A stretch of 64,000 bases of DNA, from positions 1 to 64,000 of the forward strand of contig NMRA01001009.1 in the NCBI GenBank assembly GCA_002633005.1, given 5' to 3'. This document shows, one piece after another, positions 25,521-37,304 of the stretch. This DNA comes from Phoronis australis (taxonomy: Eukaryota > Animalia > Phoronida). The position numbers and the translations under genes are program-made. The notes under the pieces were generated by a model. That model searched no databases, was not told the DNA's origin, and was given only the letters and a program-made list of their open reading frames with translations. Within the stretch, counting starts at the first letter, position 1. The number at the start of each line of letters is the position of its first letter.

Positions 25521-26070
25521 CCTGTGGTGAAGACAATACTGTCACCTTCAGTCACTGTTACCTGTGGTGAAGACCATGCTATCACCTTCAGTCATTGTTA
25601 CCTGTGGTGAAGACAATAATATGACCTTCAGTCATTGTTACCTGTGGTGAAGACAATACTATGACCTTCAGTCACTGTTACCTGTGGTCAAGGCAATACT
25701 ATGACCTTCAATCACAATTACCTGTGGCGAAGACAATACTATCACCTTCAGTCATTGTTACCTGTAGCGAAGTTAATACTATGACTTTCAGTCACTGTTA
25801 CCTGTGGTGGAGACAATGCTATCACCTTCAGTCATTGTTACCTGTAGCGAAGACAAAACTATGACTTTCAGTCACTGTTACCTGTAGCGAAAACAATACT
25901 ATGACTTTCAGTCACTGTTTCCTGTGGTGGAGACAATATTATCACCTTCAGTCATTGTTACCTGCAGTGGAGACGATACTTTCACCTTCAGTCATCGTTA
26001 TCTGTAGCGAAGACAGTACTATGACTTTCAGCCAGTGTTACCTGTGGTTAAGACAATACCATCACCTTAA
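25521..26070. repeat. Minisatellite, 40 bp unit (CCTGTGGTGAAGACAATACTATGACCTTCAGTCACTGTTA), ~14 copies
   Basis: Tandem copies without spacers; ATGAC and ATCAC variants alternate. Confidence 0.96.
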
Positions 26071-26235
26071 GTCATCCCTGCTCCCCAGTCCTCTAATAGC
26101 AGATAGTCCTGTGGTTGAAGCAGTGGATTGCAGCTTGGCAATATTGTTCGTTACCCTTTCTGAACATATTAACTACTATGGTGACACTGGACAGAGGATA
26201 TAAGGAGAAACTCATGCCCACCGCTTCTCTTGCAG

Positions 26236-26332
26236 TGTATGTCAGCGTTGTATCAAGAAGATGGACCACCACTGTCCTTGGGTCAACAATTGTGTGGGTG
26301 AAAACAACCAGAAATATTTTGTACTCTTTACA
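26236..26332 (+). CDS. ZDHHC3: ZDHHC3/7-like exon 4 ([32 protein letters not shown]; catalytic DHHC motif)
   Basis: CTTCTCTTGCAG acceptor and ACA|GTAAGT donor; phases consistent; canonical [12 protein letters not shown] motif. Confidence 0.97.
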
Positions 26333-28262
26333 GTAAGTATTTTTATATATGGAATCAAGAATTAGTCGAATACTGTTTCGAACTTTCGATATATTTGTCA
26401 ATCCTCCAAAGAACACCTATAGAGCAGATCACCAACAGACATAACAACAATGGAGAAAATGGCGGATATATTTTGTAACTGGTCACATGTCATCTTCAAG
26501 CAAAAATAAAACGACTCGGGATTAACAGCAGTAGGTCACATGAGGTCAGAATGTACTCGGGGTGTAAATCAATAATAACAGTAGCTTAAAACCAACAACG
26601 TTGTTTTGTAGTCACGAAATTTTGCCTTCAAGAGTTACTGCTGTCAAAGTACATTTATTGAGATTGTGCAACTATTTTTTGAATCTATGAATCTTGTTTA
26701 AGTTGAGAGTATAGTCAGTTCAAAGAAGTCTTATCCACAGTCTGTGTATATTGTCTTGTAACATTGAAGTGTCCAGTAGCTTAGCTAGCATTAACCAAGA
26801 CTGAATATGGAGTTTTCTCTAATAGCTGTACACTCTGTTAGTTCATACACGGCCATTGAAAAATAGCATTTGTTTTTAATAGTTTGTACAATAAGAGTCC
26901 GAGGGAGTATTATTGTTCGTACCCGTATTTGCATTGGAAAAAATGATTCGCAGATGCTATTTGGATAGGTAAATTTGTATTCTTATAAAAGAACACAATT
27001 CGATGAGCGCCAATGAATTCTATTTGGGTAATCGGAATATGTGATTTTATATATGGCACTAGTATAGGGCTTGAAAAGTCGTTTTTGAGCTCGCCATTTT
27101 TGGTGACGGCAAGATTTTCCAGCGTGTCGCCAAACGGTGGTAAAAATGTCACAACAGTGGATTTTCCCAACACAGGTTCTGTTGTCCTCAGATTATTGCT
27201 TCACAAATACATCTACAAAATTGCAGAGTACTAGTACCGTGCGGTCCTAGACCTTGTTAGAGCTGATTCTGGCAACTGCAGTGTGTAGACGAGCAGTGAC
27301 GATCCAGCACTCCACTTGCATTGCAACTGTTCTCACTTGGGTGGTAACGGTGCAGAATTGCACGGGTGTAACCTTTACGTGTTGCAGAAGTTAATCATAG
27401 ATTATTTATGGTTACAGTCCCGTGACATGAGTAGAACTGTGCGCATATTCAGTTTGTTAGATTTTTAAATACTTGTAATATAAATTCACATTGCCAAACC
27501 ACCGTCTCAGAGGTGGTCGTTTCACTCATTGCTGTTCTCGATCTTTATCTCAAGCACTTGATTTTCATCTCTAATTGCTTGTATGGCCAGTTTTGTCTCT
27601 ATTAATTCAGACATGAAGCTCTCAAGGGAAATTATATCATACGCTAGTGTACGAAATATTAGAGAAAACTCTGTAACGGGTAAAATCTCCAATATTGCAC
27701 CCTAATGGGAATCGCCATTTTTTATTCATAACTAATTAGTTTATGGTAAAATATCTCCAATTTTGGACAAAAATAATTGTCAAAATTGATCTTTTATCAT
27801 TTTTCAAAGTATTCTAATGTTGTGAATGGCCACAGTTTCTCAAAACATTCTCTGATTGTAGCTTTGGTATAAAACTTTAAAATGTTAAAGCATTTGGTTG
27901 GTGCTACTTCTCGTTCATGAAAAAATGAAGAAATTAAATTTCTCTTTTGTCAATTATATTGTGTCCTCAATTGACAAGGTTTTACCGTATTTAGAAACAT
28001 ATTTTTGTCTTGTTAGTTCATATCCCATGACATACCTGGAACAGGTGCAAATTCAGTGTGGTTCCTTGGTCAAAGAAAGTAACCAAGTTTCCTAATATGA
28101 ACACAGTTAAAGCCCTTTAGGTGGTCCACGAGAGGGGGGGCACATTGTGTTTTTAATACCCCAATTATGTCATAATTTCTATTTGCCTGTTGGCTGGGAG
28201 TAGAAAACTTGACTAATGAACAAGTGCAGCCTGATCATCCCTGAAAAAATAACCATTTATTG

Positions 28263-29373
28263 TTATGCGCCCACATATTTATATGTGGACGCATTATGCC
28301 GTCATCTCCGTCTGTCCGTCCGTACGGGTGGCGTCCGTCCGGCGTCCGCTGCTCTGTCTCCAAAACCCTTTGACATATGTTCATGAAATTTGGCACATAT
28401 GTTCCATTCATGAATGGGACGGCATGTGCGAACTTTCGGGCGGATCCGACCACCGGTGTGCCCCCTAGTGGCAATTTTAGTTTTTTACGCTTACCTTTGT
28501 ATCTTCAAAAGTCCTGAACGGATTTTCATGAAATTTGGTATGTATGCACCTATTAGTGAGATGACGCTATCCTCCCGTTTTCAGATGGATTCGACGTAGT
28601 TTGCGCCACCTAGTGGCCATTTTTAGTGTTTTCNNNNNNNNNNNNNNNNNNNNNNNNNNNNNNNNNNNNNNNNNNNNNNNNNNNNNNNNNNNNNNNNNNN
28701 NNNNNNNNNNNNNNNNNNNNNNNNNNNNNNNNNNNNNNNNNNNNNNNNNNNNNNNNNNNNNNNNNNNNNNNNNNNNNNNNNNNNNNNNNNNNNNNNNNNN
28801 NNNNNNNNNNNNNTTTTTTGCGCCCATGGCTGTATCTCCCAAACCGTTTGCAGGATCTTTACTAAATTTAGCAAGTGTATTAATGTGATGTTGACAACGG
28901 ACGATAACGACTTTAGGATGATTCTGATTACCGGTATGCCTCTAGTGGCAATTTTAGTATTTGCCTCTAGTGGCAATTTTAGTATTTTACATTGACCTCT
29001 GTATTTTCATAGGTCTTCAGGTGTATACTTTGTGTTACTTCATGACTGTGAAGGAAAAGTTCCAAGTAGAAATTTGTTTCTGGCATTCTAATGCTGTGCT
29101 AATCTCGTATGTTGGTAAATTTGTTTTTAATTTTTTGTTTCTGTGGTGCTTTAAGCAACTGATGTATAGGATGTGCTTGTATTATGAAGATCACTCACAT
29201 TTTGCCCCTTAGCCTATTGAGGAGACAATGACCATGCCTTTCCATTTTGCAAAGTACAACATACTACATATATGCCCTCTACTGGCCACTTTATGGTACC
29301 AATAAACAACCCTAGAAGGATACCGTATACGGTGCAATTGTGGGCGCATTTCAACGCTCTGCGTTGCTCTTGT
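28263..29373 (+). mobile_element. HINE/DINE-1-like non-autonomous Helentron element (spans an assembly gap)
   Basis: 5' subterminal IR hairpin ATGCGCCCACATATTTATATGTGGACGCAT; (GTCC)n microsatellite; ~145-150 bp core repeats; 3' GTGGGCGCAT followed by hairpin CAACGC-TCT-GCGTTG; T-rich ends; no TSD seen. Confidence 0.8.
28634..28813. other. Assembly gap (180 N)
   Basis: Run of N within the HINE core repeats. Confidence 1.
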
Positions 29374-29774
29374 AAAACATTGATTTTCTCTTGATAGGTT
29401 AAAAAGTAGAGCTTTATGAAGTTGTGCATGATCTTAATTGGTGTTTGGAATCAGTTGGGATTCTATTGTGTAGTGATAATTGAAACTTTCTGTTCCATTG
29501 CACAGATTTAATTGGGTTTTGGTATACCAGGTAATCATTATATCTTTATTCAAGTCATCTGAGGTCTGTTGAATATGTGTATTCCCAGAACATCTGCTGT
29601 TCTTAGAATCCACTATGTGATCAGACTCCAGGGATATTTATGTGTAGCTTGATTATTAGATGATATTTTGGTTGTGATTGTTTCTCAGAACATAATGCAA
29701 AGACCATTGCTTTTTATTTCCTTTGTGCTTAAAAAGTCGGGTGAAAATCAAATTCGACTCGGGTGAGCAATCAC

Positions 29775-30335
29775 TGGAGGGTTGCGAAATCACTGACTGA
29801 GAGACTAAAATTGGCGGATGGTGTTTGGTAAATGTAGCGAAATCACTTGCTGAGAATTGGACTAAAATTGACGGATGTTAGCAGACTTCTTGGCCTTGTC
29901 TGCTAGTCCTTTGTTGATGACTGGAGTAGTTTCTGCTGTGTATGCTTGATCAGGATGTCACTGTAGAGGGGAGATAATTGAACACCACGGTCTTGGTTCA
30001 AAAGGAGGCGCTGGATCCTGATTTTGATAGATTCCTTGATTTTACATATATGCCAGTTCTGCTCCTTGCCAATGATCTTGGCAGAGGCAAGAGAGACAGA
30101 ATGTCCATAGACCAATGTGCGCCCACCCACGGCAGTTTGTCTGTCAAGTTTCTGGGTTCTTTAAGCCTGGCTCCGATCCTTCGTTTTCTCAATATAAATG
30201 TGACATCCTTATCAAGCATACGGCGGTAAATACTCCAGTTATCTACTAAGGCCTGGCAGACTAGGCTGAAACATCCGCTACTATCTTTTAATTTTAGTCT
30301 CTCATTAAAGTGGTTTCGCTAACAGTTACCAATGT
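29775..30335 (-). mobile_element. Penelope-like 3' fragment (GIY-YIG C-terminus) with an inverted pseudo-LTR
   Basis: Minus ORF GHSVSLASAKIIGKEQNWHICKIKESIKIRIQRLLLNQDRGVQLSPLYSDIL. Segment 29800-29930 is an inverted copy of 30230-30335 (TACTCCAGT...GGC.T.GCAGAC.AGGC...AATTTTAGTC...GTG.TTTCGCTA). Confidence 0.8.
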
Positions 30336-30815
30336 CATCGATAGACAATGATCAACCTATTTTCCTGAATTATCTATTTGTATACCAATGCCTGCTTTTA
30401 ATTTTCCTTTTGCAAACAATACAATTTAGCCCTGCGAGAAATAGCGCTGTGCCTTGGGGCAACAAAAAAAAACTCTGCCAGCATGTAGCTTTAGGGCTGT
30501 TATGAGCCTTTGTCTGTGTTTAGGTTCCCCTAATGATATCTGAGATCCGCCAGTGTAAAGTTATTTAAAAATGAAATTATGAAAGTGAGGAGGGCTGCGT
30601 AAAGCCACGGAAGGCTTCAGGTTATTAATATATACCTGAAGCCTCCCAATGCTAATAATAATCCAACTGTATAAAACATGTTTTTGTAGCAGTTGTTGTA
30701 ACTTTATTGTAACCTGGGTTACACTTTAAGAAACCGGTGAACAATGTTTTTAAAGTGATTTTGTATTATATTTATTGCGCAATTAGTTATTGAATGTCTG
30801 TTTATTTCATTTCAG

Positions 30816-30897
30816 TTGTATATTTGCCTTATATCCATCCATGCCCTCTATATGTCAGTTAATCACTTCATTGTGTGTGTACGACAGGACTGGAAAG
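30816..30897 (+). CDS. ZDHHC3: ZDHHC3/7-like exon 5 (LYICLISIHALYMSVNHFIVCVRQDWK; TM3)
   Basis: TTTCATTTCAG acceptor and AAG|GTAAGT donor; 82 nt, phase 0 to phase 1; continues directly from YFVLFT as in ZDHHC3/7. Confidence 0.92.
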
Positions 30898-31604
30898 GTA
30901 AGTCAAGTCTTGGTAAAATGTTCAGTTTGGCTATATTTCTTCAACCTGGAGCAGAATCAATATAATATTACAGAAAGTTAAATTTTTAATTTCTCATAGG
31001 CATAATACAGTCTGTGTTAAAAATGTTCTTTAGTGACGATTGTGCTATTCAGACCTCATGGAGATATTTCTTCTTAAAGGCATATTAAGTGCTGTTTAGG
31101 TAATATGACTATTACCTTGGGACATCTAGTTTCACACGATGAGGAGTCAACTAGTCAACTATTTTGATTAAATGTTGTCACAGTCACAAAGTATTTAGTC
31201 CTGTTGACATTTTTTTTGCATTCTATGGATACACTGTGGTCAGAGCATAACTCATAGGTGCTATTTTTGGCTTGAAGGGGCATTATTGGTTTACAGACAA
31301 AAAACATTTTATGTGGTTGTTGGATGGACCAGAACTATAAAACAACATAATTCATTGTGTTTTTTTGAGATTTCATTACAAATCACCAGTTCTTGCCAGA
31401 CATTCAGTGAAATCAATGTCAGTGACTTTACCAGTTAAACAATGTTAAATTATTCTGCCATCTACCCAGTGGGCTTTAGTTCTGCCAGCTTTATGTTTCA
31501 ACCGCATGGATTCCATGTTCGATTCCCGTCGGCGATGGAGGAAATTTAAGAAAATGTCGCCGATAATGCTTCTTAAAACACCGCATCATTCTTATTTCCA
31601 CTTT

Positions 31605-31740
31605 AGACCTGCCACAGCAGTACTCAATATAACTCTTTAATTCTACCAAGACCTGCCACAGCAGTACTCAATATAACTCTTTAATTCTACCAAGACCTGC
31701 CACAGCAGTACTCAATATAACTCTTTAATTCTACCAAGAC
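31605..31740. repeat. 44 bp tandem repeat, 3 perfect copies
   Basis: AGACCTGCCACAGCAGTACTCAATATAACTCTTTAATTCTACCA at 31605, 31649 and 31693. Confidence 0.96.
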
Positions 31741-32504
31741 ATTTGATGAAATGAAATTTCACTGTTTTTCCACATTGTTATCTAAATTGATGAAGCTTTC
31801 ACTGTCTACTTATTAGTCATCATTGATTTTAGTCTTCAGATGAGCCATCAATTCCTTGTGTACTGGTTTTTGTATATTGAGCTGTATTGCTAGTCAGGAT
31901 TGTTTAAACTAACTTAGCACCAGGTTTGTTAATGATGTAGGTATTTAAAACAATGTTTTGTTTTATTATTGAAGAAAGAGTTTGGACTTGAACATTATGT
32001 AGGACAAGTCTGTTCAGTCAGCTAAAAATGTACAAAACTGTAGATTGTAAAAGTGTCTAATTATTTTATGAAAGTAGAAAGCCATTAGAATTAGATTTTT
32101 CACTTTTTGCCAATCTGTCATTAATTGGGACACTTGACCATGTCTCTTTAGTGAAATTTAGCAAAAAATGATATCCATAAGATGAACAACTTTCTTTTGA
32201 TGTTCAAGATAAAATCTCAGACATGATGCTACAAATTTCTAAATTATCTTTTCATTTTTGTTCTATTTCACTTTGGGTTTTTTTAATGAAAATCTTGAAA
32301 TTCCTGTGTGCTCCTCATACAAAAGTAGAAGTTGAACGCTCTAAAAACTCCTAACAATGGTTTGGGGAACTGCAAAAAGCACAGTATCTGAAATTTTCGT
32401 AGGAATCCGGTCATCCATTATTGAGATAAGAACATATTTCTATGGTCCTGCATCACCTTCATTTCTGTTGTTGCTAGGCGATAATTTCTGGTGGAATCAT
32501 TCAN

Positions 32505-32680
32505 CTTGCCTGGTATTTAACCTGCCAAAGTTCAAACAACACTTGCCTGGTGTTTAACCTGCCAAAGTTCAAACAACACTTGCCTGGTGTTTAACCTGCC
32601 AAAGTTCAAACAACACTTGTCTGGTGGACCTGCCAAAGGTCAAACAACTCTGGCCTGGTGTTTGACCTGTCAAAGATCAT
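32505..32680. repeat. 37 bp tandem repeat (CTTGCCTGGTGTTTAACCTGCCAAAGTTCAAACAACA), ~5 copies
   Basis: Tandem copies starting right after a single N at 32504. Confidence 0.92.
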
Positions 32681-33926
32681 AAGGTCATCATATTGATATG
32701 CTGCACTGTTATCCATACTGTTATTTTTCACCAATTCATGATGCAACGGAAAAATTTGAAAAATTCATTTTCGGATAAATCAAGTTTACCATCTTTAATT
32801 TTTGTACCATAGCTACCATCAGACAATGTTCGGAGCAATTGAGGGTTAAATTTGGCAATTTTTTTATCTAAAATTGTGTGAAATTTACCATTATAGACTT
32901 CGTGGTTACCAAGTTTTTATTTTCTACTAGACAGATATCCACTGACTCCAGTTGTCACAAATCTCATTTCAAACATGTTGTGATCAATAATTTTTTCTTT
33001 TCACATTGATGCTAGATTGGTTTATTTCTGGCAAACTAGTTATGCGTAAGTCTATGTTTACTTTTGTACTCCTATGTCTTACTATTAAGTTTTTGAGTTT
33101 CTGTTGGAGTTTGCTCCTTTTCGTTCTATTTGAAATCCTCAAGTTTATGTAACTAATGATATTTTTCACTATTTTGCAATATACAGTCATGTAGTACTAC
33201 TGCTTAGTTTGTGTTGACCTTGACCTTGCAGTCTCGTTTCTCAAATGTGCTAATTACATATCTGAAATATTAAATTGGTTTTAAGATTATGTAGGACCTT
33301 ACAAAAATGTCCATATCTGACTTCCTTTGGAACATCCAATCTGCAACATGGCTGTGTTCATATGAAAACTTTCAGATATTATGCATCATGCACTGTTCTC
33401 TAAAATTTTAGTTATTACTCTAAAAATGTTCCCCCTTTTGCTTGAGACATATCAAACATAGGACTTTTATGATTTTTTGGAGAAATTCAAAAGTTGCTAC
33501 TTGATAATCCAGTAACAGCATTTTTGAAATTTTGTCAGCCTAATGTCAAAATTTTGTATGAAGTTCGTGGAAAAGCTATTCAGCTATCTCTTGGTCAGCT
33601 AGTAGTTTGTGTGGTTTCTAATGAATGTCAGTTTTTGAACCACACCCAAGTATATGCAGGTCTAGTACTTTTCTTTTGAATTTGCTTTATGGTGCTTCAC
33701 TTGCCTGTTTCCTTGCAAAGTAGTGTCAGTCGTTGAAGGGTTACAACTCTTTGGCTAACTTTGTACCATCATTTAGAGTGTTTTTGATGGTTCATCTTGG
33801 GCATTAATATCAAACCAAATTCGGATCATACTGTGATTGTACTTTTCTTTTTCATAGATTTTACTAAAAGGGCGCAATCGTGTTTCCCAATATATGGCAG
33901 ATTGATGAAAAGTTCAATTTCTACAG

Positions 33927-34972
33927 CAGGCCTTCATGCAGCGTACGTCCTGGGCATTCATTTGGATGCCCTAGCACTAATCTGGACGCCCTGGCAAGGA
34001 CGCCCAATGTATCATTTGGACGCCCACTGTCAATCGTACCTTTCAAGTTTGGACACACACATTGTAATGATTACTAGGAAGCCTAGACATATACCGTAGT
34101 TGAAAGGTGAAGTGAGCTCACAGTGGGGGTTCTGTATAGATGTACATATGAAGTATATATAATGTTGCCATGTTCATATTTGGTTGAGCATACATTTCAT
34201 GCATTACCAGAATTGGTTGTCAAAGTTCTTTCTACTGCTGGCCATGCTCCCAGTGGTTTTAGCTCCACAGGGCATTACACAATGTGTGTGTGTGTGTGCG
34301 TGTGTGGGCTTCATACCTTAGTGCAACTCCAAACTGGTGTTTCAGAGCTGTAACTTCATGATTTTCATCTTTTTTTTTAAAACATCAAAAGCGAAATAAA
34401 TGTCATTATTTTAATACAGTGTTGTGCCACAAGAATATGCCCATTTAATTGTTTTGAGTTTGCGCTCATTTCAATGTGCGTTTTAACGTTTTAATATTGA
34501 ACGGCAGTGACACCTCTTGCCAAAATATAAATCACGCATCATATGTGTATTTTTCTTGTTTTGTAACTGCAGCTCTGAAGACTCATTTTACACAATATTA
34601 AAGCAAATTAAAATGATATGACAAACTTATAACATCAATTTGAGTTGAGATCACCAAAAACATAGTGCACACATCGTTTAACCAATATCTCTAATATTTC
34701 TTTGGTAAGCTACTTGGCTGATTTCATCAATTCAGATGTAAAAGTCTGAGTCTATGCATTTTTTTGTAAAAAAGCTCACTACAGAAGGCCATTTTGTAAA
34801 TTTAGATGTAAAAACCTTGGTCACTACACATTTTTTGTAAAAAAAATCCGTGTATGGGGGGTTGCTGGTGAACGGTCCTGGGGTGGGGGTTTACGCATCG
34901 GAATCAAGGATGCCCTAGAATATCGGGAACCCATTTTGGACACCCTATTTTCGAAATCCTGGATAAAGGCTG
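33927..34972 (-). mobile_element. Second, inverted and longer copy of the hAT-type MITE at 18430-18977
   Basis: Termini CAGGCCTTCAT...GGATAAAGGCTG; both ends are reverse-complement homologues of the 18430-18977 ends, with extra internal sequence. Confidence 0.82.
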
Positions 34973-35249
34973 TTACCTTTCTACTATCAGAAAATATATA
35001 TACTTTTATTGAGTTAACATATTTAGTAATTTGTAGATATTTTGCTAAGTACAAAGACTTGTCAGTAAGATCATGCATAATCCTAACCGAGATTCAACAT
35101 GTTGAGTTGTATACAACTATTTACTGGTCACAGCCACCAACTTACATTGGTGCAGTTTCTGTAATGTTCTCTTACTCATCTCCGATAACTATCATCTTCC
35201 TCCACATCTACAGCATGGTTTCTACCTCTCCTGTTGGTGTCTGTACTTC

Positions 35250-35483
35250 CTGTGTCATGTTTTGCAGAGTGTGTTTACTAATCACCTCTCACAACCACCA
35301 ACTTGCACGTGTCTACAGTTTCTGTATGATGTTTTGCAGAGTGTGTTTACTAATCACCTCTCACAACCACCAACTTGCACGTGTCTACAGTTTCTGTATG
35401 ATGTTTTGCAGAGTGTGTTTACTAATCACCTCTCACAACCACCAACTTGCACGTGTCTACAGTTTCTGTGTCATGTTTTGCAG
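35250..35483 (+). repeat. 72 bp tandem array derived from the exon 6 acceptor and 5' end
   Basis: TGTTTTGCAG|AGTGTG at 35267, 35339 and 35411, with the real acceptor at 35483; spacing is exactly 72 bp. Confidence 0.96.
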
Positions 35484-35614
35484 AGTGTGGTTACTACTCG
35501 CCTCCAGCCACCACCATCTTCCTCATATTTCTCATCTTTGAGGGTCTTCTCTTTGGCATTTTCACGGCTATCATGTGCTGCACCCAACTACAGGCCATCT
35601 GTGAGGATGAAACA
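35484..35614 (+). CDS. ZDHHC3: ZDHHC3/7-like exon 6 (ECGYYSPPATTIFLIFLIFEGLLFGIFTAIMCCTQLQAICEDET; TM4)
   Basis: TTTTGCAG acceptor and ACA|GTAAGT donor; 131 nt, phase 1 to phase 0; SPPxT...FEGLLF.IFT..M...Q...I..DET matches ZDHHC3/7. Confidence 0.95.
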
Positions 35615-35639
35615 GTAAGTTGAAGGCACTAAAGCATTT

Positions 35640-36505
35640 TTATGCACCCACATATTTGTACGTGGGTGCATATTAGCGTCATCTCTGTCTTGGCGTCCGA
35701 GAGTCTGGTGTCCACAGCTGTACGCCCTCAACCCTCACAAAAACTTGATGAGATTTGAAAGATGTGTGCTTATTGAGATAAAGACGAATTTTGGTCAGAT
35801 CTGACTACCGGTGTGCCTCCTAGTGTCAATTTTATTTTTTTACGTTTACCTCTGTCTGTATCTTCAAAGGATCTCAAAGGATTTTCATGATTTTTGGCAC
35901 ATAGGCATCAAATAGTGAGATGACGCTATCGTTTTGTTTTCAGATAGATTTGAGGTATTTTGTGCCTCCTAGTGGCCATTTTTACTGATTTCGAGTATGG
36001 TTTTTGGTGTCAGCCCCTCTATCAACCAAACCATTCTAAGGATGATTGTGAAAATTGGCATATATGCTCTTAGTGTGAAGACAATGATTTACCGACGACT
36101 TCGACTTCTGTGGCGCCTCCTAGTGGCTGTTTTGTTAGTTTCGCCCATAGTTGTATCTCCTAAAACCCATTTCATGATCTTTATTGAATTAAGCAAGTGC
36201 ATTTATATGAAGTTGACAATGGCCAGTGATGACTTTCAGACAGATCCGACGAAATCTGTTCACCCTAGTGGCAATTTTGTTTTTTTCCGTTTTCCTATAT
36301 GCCTCAGAAGTTCCTTCATGGATTTTTATGAAATTGAATAAATAGCTTTCTATTAAAAAAATGATGACATGTTCCCGTTATTGGATGCATTTGACGTATT
36401 TTACGCCATCTAGTAGCTATTTTTATGATACAAATAAACACCCCTAGAAGCACACCATTTGCGGTGTATTCGTGGGTGCATTTCAATGCTCCGCGTTGCT
36501 TTTGT
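35640..36505 (+). mobile_element. Complete HINE/DINE-1-like element immediately after exon 6
   Basis: 5' hairpin TATGCACCCACATATTTGTACGTGGGTGCATA; five ~145-151 bp core repeats; 3' GTGGGTGCAT + CAATGC-TCC-GCGTTG hairpin + T-run. Confidence 0.82.
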
Positions 36506-36662
36506 TTTTTTTATTTTTGTGATCATTGTGAAGTAGGGTACTAGACTTCATTGCGCAGCTTTGTGAAACTGCCCAAAATCGGGACTTGACTATATTTAGG
36601 CTTTGTTTACACTCAAAATGATGTTTTATTTTTCTATCATTTTATATTGATTTTGAGCTCCT

Positions 36663-36856
36663 TGATTTTGGCACTTAGCACCATGATTTGACACTTACCT
36701 CCATAATTTGGGCACTTAGCACCATGATGTGGCCACTTAGCACCATGATGTGGCCACTTAGCACCATGATTTGGGCATTTAGCACCATGATTTGGCCACT
36801 TAGCACCATGATTTGGGCATTTAGCACCATGATTTGGCCATTTAGCACCATGATTT
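36663..36856. repeat. 21 bp tandem repeat (TTGGCCACTTAGCACCATGAT), ~9 copies
   Basis: Tandem copies visible in the sequence. Confidence 0.93.
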
Positions 36857-37145
36857 TAACACCTCCCATTAAGTGATGTAGTCTCAATACTAAGTGATTT
36901 TGAATCTTTATCTTGCATTTTATATTTCAAGACTTATTTTAGTTTGTATTATGGTTTATAATTTTAGTTCAAAAGTGACATTACCCAATTAGAGTTAGAG
37001 CCATTGAATGTATTTTAAAAACTATTTGACAATCATTTGAAAAAATGAGATGCATACGCCGCTATTAAATACCAATTATTGTTAGTTTGTTAACGTAAAA
37101 ACAATTGTACACAAAACACAAATTCATCATCCATGTTTCTGATAG

Positions 37146-37304
37146 GGAATTGAATCGCTCAAGCAGGAAGAAGCATTGTGGGAGAAGAAGTCCAGGTGGA
37201 TGAGCCTGAAGGCAGTGTTTGGACATCCCTTCTCTCTCAGCTGGTTCTCGCCTTTTTCCACGCCTGTATTTGGCAAGGCTCAATCATACCAGTACACTGT
37301 TTAG
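37146..37304 (+). CDS. ZDHHC3: ZDHHC3/7-like last coding exon ([52 protein letters not shown])
   Basis: TTTCTGATAG acceptor; GIE.LK.E...W...KAVFG.PFS..WFSPF region; TAG stop at 37302-37304; the C-terminal YQYTV resembles the PDZ-binding tail of vertebrate ZDHHC3. Confidence 0.95.
   Translation, partial: GIESLKQEEALWEKKSRWMSLKAVFGHPFSLSWFSPFSTPVFGKAQSYQYTV

Noticed and set aside
25521-26070. CRISPR-like appearance of the 40 bp array (also the 32, 37 and 54 bp arrays)
   Set aside because: Units are contiguous with no unique spacers, there are no cas genes and the context is a eukaryotic intron; these are minisatellites.
25521-26070. 40 bp unit as a derivative of exon 4 (TGTGGTGAAGACAA vs TGTGGGTGAAAACAA)
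   Set aside because: The similarity is short and low-complexity; not convincing without an alignment test.
28567-28976. ORFs spanning the N run
   Set aside because: Artefacts of the assembly gap.
34936-35618. 201 aa and 118 aa repetitive ORFs
   Set aside because: Products of the 72 bp array and MITE end, in frames other than the true exon 6 frame.
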